Source: a virus
Taxonomy: Duplodnaviria > Caudoviricetes
Strand: one strand, 5' to 3'
DNA: 53,560 bases
Virus record (IMG/VR): IMGVR_UViG_3300007765_000007
Coordinates: 1 to 53,560 of that record
This document shows, one piece after another, positions 47,105 through 53,560 of this stretch. Below the pieces are notes generated by a model. The model saw only the letters and a program-made list of their open reading frames with translations, made no database searches and was not told where the DNA came from. The first letter of the stretch is position 1. Each line of letters begins with the position of its first letter. The translations under genes and the position numbers were made by a program.

Positions 47105-47519
47105 TTTCCAACTCTTCCACTCGTTTGGTTAATTCTTTAATACTCTCAACCAACAAAGGTACAACTTTTTCATATGCAATTGCCTTAATACCATCTGGTC
47201 TCAACACAACTACTTCAGGTAAAACCTTTTCAACTTCTTGTGCAATCAATCCTACATCATGTCCTTTATCTTGTTGAATCTTACTTGACTTTTCATTCCA
47301 ATCAAATGTAACTCCGTTAATTTGTTGAACTTTAAAAAGGGCACTTTCTATTGGTCTGATATTATCTTTAAGATTTATATCTGAACTATAGTATGCAGTA
47401 ATATTATTTGTACAATATATTTGTCCAGTTACCTTTAATTCTATTGAAGGATTACCTGTAGCTCCAATATGTACATTTTCACTTGTTTCTAAGTAACTCC
47501 CTTGATCTGTAAACGCCAT
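47091..47519 (-). CDS. Peptidase S74 intramolecular-chaperone domain protein
   Basis: ITAYYS-SDINLKDNI, GVTFDW, VGLIAQEVEKVLPEVV, LLVESIKELTKRVEELE. Confidence 0.9.
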   Translation of the reverse strand: MAFTDQGSYLETSENVHIGATGNPSIELKVTGQIYCTNNITAYYSSDINLKDNIRPIESALFKVQQINGVTFDWNEKSSKIQQDKGHDVGLIAQEVEKVLPEVVVLRPDGIKAIAYEKVVPLLVESIKELTKRVEELENGSK

Positions 47520-47531
47520 TTCTTAATCTCC

Positions 47532-48338
47532 TTAAATTTGTATGTGGATACTTGATCCATCACCACCTGTCTGTGCACCTCCTGTTGTTCCAGCATCTGG
47601 AGCATCTGCATCATTCGTACCAGATCCACCATCTGCACCAACAGTTCCTGTAACAGTAATTGTTCCTACACTGGACGAAGTTGTAATTATTACTACAGCA
47701 CCACCAGAACCACCTCCTCCGCCTCCGCCAGCACCACTATAATATTCTTCCGGATCAATTGTCATTGCCCCTGATCCACCATCACCACCATCAGCTGATG
47801 TTGATGTTACGATACAATTATTAACAGTTGCATCTACACTTGAATCATACATCTGTGGATGAACATCTGCGCCAGATCCTGCATTTGGTGTCCATCCCTG
47901 CTGAGCGGTTACTCCTGTTGCATCCGAAGAAACTGCACCACCACCGCCTCCGCCTCCTGCGGATCCGCATACTTTTAATCGTACGGCAGTATCTGATGCG
48001 TCCATAACATCTCTCATCATTATAACAAGATGGGGATCAATTACCTCTAATCGAGATACTGCACTTGCTCCACTACCTGCACCACCTGCACCTCCAGGTG
48101 ATCCATATGCTGGAGCCATTCTAAACATAGTGTTTGATATCCATCGTGGTGGTTTAATTTCTGTATTATCATCTCTAATACAATCTATATGTACTTTATA
48201 TTTTTCATCAAACAAAATATTCTTATCTATAGAGATAACTTCTCGTGTTTCTATTTTTTGTTTTTGATTATCAATAGTAATACTTTTAGGTATTATTTTA
48301 CCGTTACCGTATACTTCTCCTCTGTCTCTTTTAATCAT
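47532..48338 (-). CDS. Glycine-rich tail-associated protein
   Basis: GGGGGGSGGAVVII motif shared with the C-terminus of the upstream giant protein. AGGAG RBS. Confidence 0.7.
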   Translation of the reverse strand: MIKRDRGEVYGNGKIIPKSITIDNQKQKIETREVISIDKNILFDEKYKVHIDCIRDDNTEIKPPRWISNTMFRMAPAYGSPGGAGGAGSGASAVSRLEVIDPHLVIMMRDVMDASDTAVRLKVCGSAGGGGGGGAVSSDATGVTAQQGWTPNAGSGADVHPQMYDSSVDATVNNCIVTSTSADGGDGGSGAMTIDPEEYYSGAGGGGGGGSGGAVVIITTSSSVGTITVTGTVGADGGSGTNDADAPDAGTTGGAQTGGDGSSIHIQI

Positions 48339-48365
48339 TTCATTCTCCTAATATTAACTTGCAAC

Positions 48366-51300
48366 TTACGCGGCTTGTGCTGAGTTTTGGCCTACTCCAC
48401 CAGTTCCACCAACTGAACGGATAACTCCATTATTAGTAACTGTTCTTGCTGAAATAAATATTATTCCACCAGAACCACCTCCCCCGCCGCCTTTCCTTCC
48501 TGCAGCTGATGTACTATTTGGTATTCCAACTATACTACCACCATCTCCACCAAATACTCCATCAGTTCCTGCTGATAATGTTCCGCCTGCTCCGCCTGCT
48601 CCACCGTTTCCACCACCTGTTTGGCCACTCCCAGCTTGGCCAGCTGATCCATCATTATGAACAATACAAGTTGAATCTATGGTTAATGTTCCTTTAACAA
48701 ATATTCTATATCCATTGGTTACTAATGTTGTTGCGGCTACACTACTATCTACTTCTAAACTGTTAGTGTACCAATCACCTTGCATCGTCCAAGTAGCACC
48801 ACTTCTGGAACATACTACATCTCCTCTGTCATCTTTAATAGAATCGTTACTAACTTTTGTTCCACCATTGGCTACGGTACAATCATTTGATTTCAATACA
48901 ACATCACCATCAGAACCCGCACCAAACAATCTACTTCTTTCAATTAAATAATCTTGTGATGTAATTGTTCCATCAGCTTCAAATGTAAGTGCAGGTGTTT
49001 TTAATTCAAATGATGAAGCTCCAGGTGTTCCACTTGCATCAAATTTTAAATAAGATTCAGTTCCAGTAGCACCACTTGTTCCACCATCCGAAATAAAGAA
49101 ATCACCAGTACCATCCATATAGACACCAGCCCTTCCCTGTCCAGCTGCATTACTTGTTGGGCCTCCACTTGCCCCTAATCTAATATTACCACTATTAACT
49201 CCACTATCTATAATAATAGTATTTGTAAGTAATGAAAATGTATTAGATTGTAAAACAATATTTCCATTTGATGTGAATTGAATTCTATTACCACTTGAAG
49301 CACCAACTAAGAATGTACCATCACCACCTAAAAATATACCAGTTCCACTTGTTGCACTTGAAGGTGGTGATGCACCCAATCTTATCTTACCATCACTTGT
49401 ACTATCTAAAATTACTTTTGAGTTTACACTTTCTAATGTGTTACTAACAATATCCCATCCACCAATGTTACCACTATCAGCAGTTACATTACCAGTTATG
49501 GTTAATGTTCCAGCACCATCCCAAGTCAAACTATCAGAAGCACTCTTTAATGAGAATTTATAAACTCCACTACCATCTTCACCTAAGAAAATTCCTGATG
49601 AATCATATGTTACTGCACTACCATCAGCACCTAAAGCAATTCTTTTATTGGCACTTGAAATATAAAGCTCGGTTGCATCAAGGGCAAATTCTGTTGCAGT
49701 AATGTCAATATCCGAAGATTTAATTACTAAATCACCACCTGATGTAAACTTTAAATAATCTGTTCCACCACTCGTTGCATCTCCCATTCGGAAATTACCA
49801 GCACCGTCCATAAAGATACCTTCTCCTAAATCAACAGTAGTAGCAGAACCTAATAATATTTTAGCATCAGTAGTAGTCATTTGCAGTTTTGGTGTAGTAT
49901 TTTCAAGTATGAGTTTACCACTACCTGCATTTAAATTAAATGTGTTTGCAGTAATATCCATATTACTACTTACAATCGTAAGAGTACCACTACCACCATA
50001 TTGTATTCTATCACCACCGTGTGCACCAAGTAAGAATTCACCATCTTTATTAACAAAGAACCCAGTTCCACTATTGTATGCAGTTGGTAATGTATCACCA
50101 AGTGCTATTCTTGTTGTGTTCACTCCCAATTCACCACTACCAGCCGAACCAGCAGATAAATCAAAGTTAGTAGATTTTATTTGTAATGAATTACTACCAT
50201 TGAAATAAATAAAGTTATCACCACTTGTGGCTTCACCAACTCTAAATACTGCTCCACTATCCATAAAGATACCAGTATTTGCTGTTGCTGTTATATCATC
50301 TGCACTTGAACCTAATCTTAATTGTGAACCACCACTGGCATCACTCTTTCCATGTAATCTAAATGTATCACTACCAGATATTTGTAAATCATGTGAAGCT
50401 AATCCTAATCCATTTGCATCATGTCTAATATAATTGTATTGGTCTTTTTGGAAATTAAAATATCCACTACCACTTAATATAATTCCATTTGCTGTAAATG
50501 TATCTACTGGTGGTGAAGCACCCATTGAAATTCTTTGAACAAGTGAATTAAATATAATATCACCTTTGGCAGTATCAAGACTAAAATCATCAGTTGCCAA
50601 TGCCATTGAACCCCCATCTACAGTCAAGAAGTTTGTAGGATTACCAAATACTCTAAATGCACCACCATTATCCATATAGACTCCAGCACCATCATCATCG
50701 GAATCACTTTGGATTTCTCCGAGATACATTCTCGTGTTATTGAGTGCCATATTTGTACCTTGTAAATCAAAGGTATCAGTTCTTATAGATAAATCACCAG
50801 CTGATGAAAATGTTAAATAATTACTTTCATTTCTATACATTTCAAGTTTATAAGTACCATTATCACTACCAAGTATTATACCCGTTCCACTTCCAAAATC
50901 TCTTGAACCAATTTTTAAATAATCATCAGTAGTAGTACTACTAAGTTCCATATTATAAGCACCTTTTGGTCCGAATCCAATTAAACTTGGACTTCCACCA
51001 ATAAATGTCATTCCTGCATTTGCATTAGTATCATAACCTAAACTCATTGATGGTGCAGTTGAATCTATTTGATAATCATCAGCATCTATCTTCATTATTC
51101 CTGTTGAAATATCAACATTAGATGCAGTAACTTGAATGTCATCACTTGCTATTTGTAAATTACCTGTTCCACTATTAAATTTAATATATTGTGTAGCAGT
51201 ACCAACATTGAATTCTTGAACACCATTACTATTTGCTATCCAAAATCCTGCAGTATTATCGGTGAAAGAATCTTTAACACTTCTAATTGAACCTACCGTA

Positions 51301-53560
51301 TTCGAACCAGTTATCTGAATTGCCTTTGTGATATCTTGTCCGACTTGTAAATAACCAACTCCACTTCCTGCACTTGTTGCACCAATCTTAATGGAATTGT
51401 CAGCAAATGACATAGATGTATTACCACTCGATAGTTGTAAATCACCTGTTCCTGCATCTAATTCAAAAGTTTGTGTAGTCATTGATAATGCACCACCATC
51501 ATATTTCATAAAGTTTGTTGAATTACCTAAATGAAATTCTGGATCAGTATTATTATTTGCTAACCAAAATCCTGCAGTTGTATCAGTAACATTTGCTTTA
51601 CCACTATAAATTGCACCATGATATTGTGAACCACTTATTGTTATTGCTCTATCTACATTTCTACCAACTTTAATATGTGAACCACCACTATCTTTTGCGT
51701 GTATTAAAATATCATCATCATTAAATGACATAGAATGTTCAGTAGAAGATATTTGTAATTCTCCAGTATCAGCATCTAATTCAAATTTTTCTACCTGTAT
51801 GGATAAATCATTTCCAAGATTACCACCACTACCACTTAAATGAATATAATTAGTTGCATCTCCTACTCTCCATTCTGCATCCGTAAACCAATAGTTATTA
51901 TTATTTATGTAAATACCATCTTGTGTACCATCTACATTTCTACCAATAGAAATCTTTTGGTTAGTTTCTATACCACCTTGTTGTGTAGCAACATGAAGTA
52001 TTCCATGAATACTTCCTGTCATTGCATGTAAAGTTCCTCTAAAGAAACCATTTTCTGTATATAAACCAAATCCTGGTTCTTCATCACCATACAAATAAGC
52101 ACTACTTAATCCACTTAAATCACCAAGTCTTGTTCTTAATTGTAAATCATAAACTCCACTACCAGTTCTCTCAACAATATCCATATATGGTGTTGAAATA
52201 TCATTTGGATTTGCATTCATCAATATATAACCACTTGATAAATCTGCAGAAGCATCATATTTACCAGTCGATACAAAAACTTGACCTTCATTGTATTCTA
52301 CAGGAGTTGAAACTAATCCTTGTAAAAATTCATTATCTCCATTTATTTTATATACGGTGGCACCATTCGAATGTGAATCTGGATCTGTATTGTGAAAATC
52401 TCGTAATACTTCAATTGTTTGATTGGCCCCCGTATTACCAGTAATCGAACCAGAAATAATTTTAAATTTCTCTGTATCAATTTTTATTACATCTTGTATA
52501 TTAACTACATTACTACCCAAATCTAAAACAATACTTTGACTTGTACTATATGTAGCCGTATCTGACATTGCACCATCTAATGTACCAACTGATGATGAAA
52601 TATTAGTAATTTGACCATATCCTCTACCAACATATATTTCACCAGACAACCCATCTGGGTCTATTTGTGAACCTGTAATATGTGCCAATGCCGGATCACT
52701 TGAATATCGTTTTGAACCTGTTACTTGTAAATACTCAACTGAAAATCCAGTTTGTCCAACTTTTTTAGCCTTTAAAATTTCTCCTGAAGCAAATCCACTA
52801 ACATTCGCAAAACTCATCGTTACATCGGTAGCCGAAGAACCTGAATTGCCAGCTATTATCGCACTACCACTTCTTAATGGTTGTAGTGTTGTTGAGTTTG
52901 CAACCATTAATTGTCCACCAACTACATTAACACTCTCTTTCTCAAATACAGCGGTTGATAAAGTACCTCTAATTCTTGCGTTTTCAAATTCTGCTGTACC
53001 ATTTCCTAATGTATCAATTCTCCAACCTTTTAGATTAGTTGCAAAATCTGCACTTTCCAATCTACCACTTGAATGTAATATTAATCCATTTTCACCTTCT
53101 GCAAATTGTCCACCTAATCCTGCATCAGGTATACTTCTAAGTTGTGTTCCAGTTATTTCCCATCCTGCAATTTTATTACCTTGTTCACCAAACATTGCAA
53201 TTAAATCTGTAGCATCATTTGTTCCTGTTCCATCGTAAACTTTTATACCATATAAATCACTTGCGTCTGTAGAGATTTCACCAATTCTTACCCACTCTGT
53301 TGTTCCATCTGTATCGAAAATGGTTATTCTTCTATTGGTAGAACTTATATCAAGAGTTGTGGTATCTAATTCAAATTTATCAGTTTTAATATCCACACCA
53401 CTTCCATCTATTCTAAAATAATTGTCATTACTCGAACCAACAGTAAAATCAAATTTAGCAGTTCCATTATCAATACCCATAATAAAACCAGCTGTACCAG
53501 TCTGGTCAAAATCTGTCTTACCACCAAACTTTAAAAATCTATCATTACCAAGACTTTGTA
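48366..53560 (-). CDS. Very large tail fibre/spike-type structural protein (5' end outside the window)
   Basis: The frame stays open from 53480 to the window edge (QSLGNDRFLKFGGKTDFDQTGTAGFIM...). Contains GWRI...GTAEFENARIRG, RLGDLSGL, beta-rich repeats and a Gly-rich C-terminus. Confidence 0.85.
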   Translation of the reverse strand, partial: QSLGNDRFLKFGGKTDFDQTGTAGFIMGIDNGTAKFDFTVGSSNDNYFRIDGSGVDIKTDKFELDTTTLDISSTNRRITIFDTDGTTEWVRIGEISTDASDLYGIKVYDGTGTNDATDLIAMFGEQGNKIAGWEITGTQLRSIPDAGLGGQFAEGENGLILHSSGRLESADFATNLKGWRIDTLGNGTAEFENARIRGTLSTAVFEKESVNVVGGQLMVANSTTLQPLRSGSAIIAGNSGSSATDVTMSFANVSGFASGEILKAKKVGQTGFSVEYLQVTGSKRYSSDPALAHITGSQIDPDGLSGEIYVGRGYGQITNISSSVGTLDGAMSDTATYSTSQSIVLDLGSNVVNIQDVIKIDTEKFKIISGSITGNTGANQTIEVLRDFHNTDPDSHSNGATVYKINGDNEFLQGLVSTPVEYNEGQVFVSTGKYDASADLSSGYILMNANPNDISTPYMDIVERTGSGVYDLQLRTRLGDLSGLSSAYLYGDEEPGFGLYTENGFFRGTLHAMTGSIHGILHVATQQGGIETNQKISIGRNVDGTQDGIYINNNNYWFTDAEWRVGDATNYIHLSGSGGNLGNDLSIQVEKFELDADTGELQISSTEHSMSFNDDDILIHAKDSGGSHIKVGRNVDRAITISGSQYHGAIYSGKANVTDTTAGFWLANNNTDPEFHLGNSTNFMKYDGGALSMTTQTFELDAGTGDLQLSSGNTSMSFADNSIKIGATSAGSGVGYLQVGQDITKAIQITGSNTVGSIRSVKDSFTDNTAGFWIANSNGVQEFNVGTATQYIKFNSGTGNLQIASDDIQVTASNVDISTGIMKIDADDYQIDSTAPSMSLGYDTNANAGMTFIGGSPSLIGFGPKGAYNMELSSTTTDDYLKIGSRDFGSGTGIILGSDNGTYKLEMYRNESNYLTFSSAGDLSIRTDTFDLQGTNMALNNTRMYLGEIQSDSDDDGAGVYMDNGGAFRVFGNPTNFLTVDGGSMALATDDFSLDTAKGDIIFNSLVQRISMGASPPVDTFTANGIILSGSGYFNFQKDQYNYIRHDANGLGLASHDLQISGSDTFRLHGKSDASGGSQLRLGSSADDITATANTGIFMDSGAVFRVGEATSGDNFIYFNGSNSLQIKSTNFDLSAGSAGSGELGVNTTRIALGDTLPTAYNSGTGFFVNKDGEFLLGAHGGDRIQYGGSGTLTIVSSNMDITANTFNLNAGSGKLILENTTPKLQMTTTDAKILLGSATTVDLGEGIFMDGAGNFRMGDATSGGTDYLKFTSGGDLVIKSSDIDITATEFALDATELYISSANKRIALGADGSAVTYDSSGIFLGEDGSGVYKFSLKSASDSLTWDGAGTLTITGNVTADSGNIGGWDIVSNTLESVNSKVILDSTSDGKIRLGASPPSSATSGTGIFLGGDGTFLVGASSGNRIQFTSNGNIVLQSNTFSLLTNTIIIDSGVNSGNIRLGASGGPTSNAAGQGRAGVYMDGTGDFFISDGGTSGATGTESYLKFDASGTPGASSFELKTPALTFEADGTITSQDYLIERSRLFGAGSDGDVVLKSNDCTVANGGTKVSNDSIKDDRGDVVCSRSGATWTMQGDWYTNSLEVDSSVAATTLVTNGYRIFVKGTLTIDSTCIVHNDGSAGQAGSGQTGGGNGGAGGAGGTLSAGTDGVFGGDGGSIVGIPNSTSAAGRKGGGGGGSGGIIFISARTVTNNGVIRSVGGTGGVGQNSAQAA
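48950..51920 (-). repeat. About a dozen degenerate ~60-80 aa beta-rich protein repeats (boundaries approximate)
   Basis: Recurrent G(I/F/V)(F/W/Y)(M/L)xxxGxFxxG...(Y/F)(I/L)x(F/Y)...LxIx(S/T)xxFxL, e.g. TGIFMDSGAVFRVG, EGIFMDGAGNFRMG, TGIFLGGDGTFLVG, AGVYMDNGGAFRVFG. Confidence 0.7.

Noticed and set aside
47540-48640. Local GC rise with ccaccgcctccgcc runs, suggesting foreign DNA or a tandem repeat
   Set aside because: Explained by poly-Gly/Ala codons.
48650-48670. CIVHN near the C-terminus of the giant tail protein, resembling an intein end
   Set aside because: No upstream block A or TxxH block B is visible, and the context is the Gly-rich tail domain.
820-53238. All plus-strand ORFs and the short nested minus-strand ORFs in the track (e.g. 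21288..21485, 27849..28046, 33527..33751)
   Set aside because: They lie inside or antisense to well-supported genes, have shadow-frame composition and show no recognisable motifs.
1-53560. Stop-codon reassignment as seen in some large phages
   Set aside because: Genes tile densely in code 11, and TAA, TGA and TAG all end genes at sensible boundaries (TAG at 7848 and 8917).
1-53560. tRNA, CRISPR array, structured ncRNA or diversity-generating retroelement
   Set aside because: Spacers are under about 60 nt once the 34-aa ORF is counted. No repeat-spacer pattern, cloverleaf or reverse transcriptase was seen by eye. tRNAscan-SE and Infernal were not run.

Overview
AT-rich, densely coding segment of a large T4-like (myovirus-type) dsDNA phage genome. 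All credible genes are on the minus strand and use the standard code. In transcription order (right to left): a very large repeat-built tail/fibre protein that continues beyond the window, a Gly-rich tail protein, a near stand-alone S74 intramolecular chaperone, and two fibre-tip-like proteins ending in Hint (intein-like) domains. Next is a ~32 kb island of glycosyltransferases and tailoring enzymes (GT2/4/7/8/31/32/47-like, SGNH, sulfotransferase-like, methyltransferase, ATP-grasp, NTP-transferase, HADs, three radical SAM enzymes, PLP aminotransferase), whose main operon is headed by a tandem-Hint gene. Then come a zeta-like kinase, GH108 endolysin, a 1060-aa cytidylyltransferase-containing protein, terminase large subunit, portal, prohead protease and putative head-internal proteins. 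The best candidate for a new system is the coupling of three Hint-domain genes to the glycan-modification island, apparently under a shared ATATTTAT promoter-like motif. Other leads: a hidden 34-aa ORF ending DPFIYK, LamG domains inserted inside GT7 enzymes, and MIKL...E capsid-targeting-like leaders. No tRNA, rRNA, CRISPR array or mobile element was recognised. Family calls come from motif recognition by eye, not from database searches.
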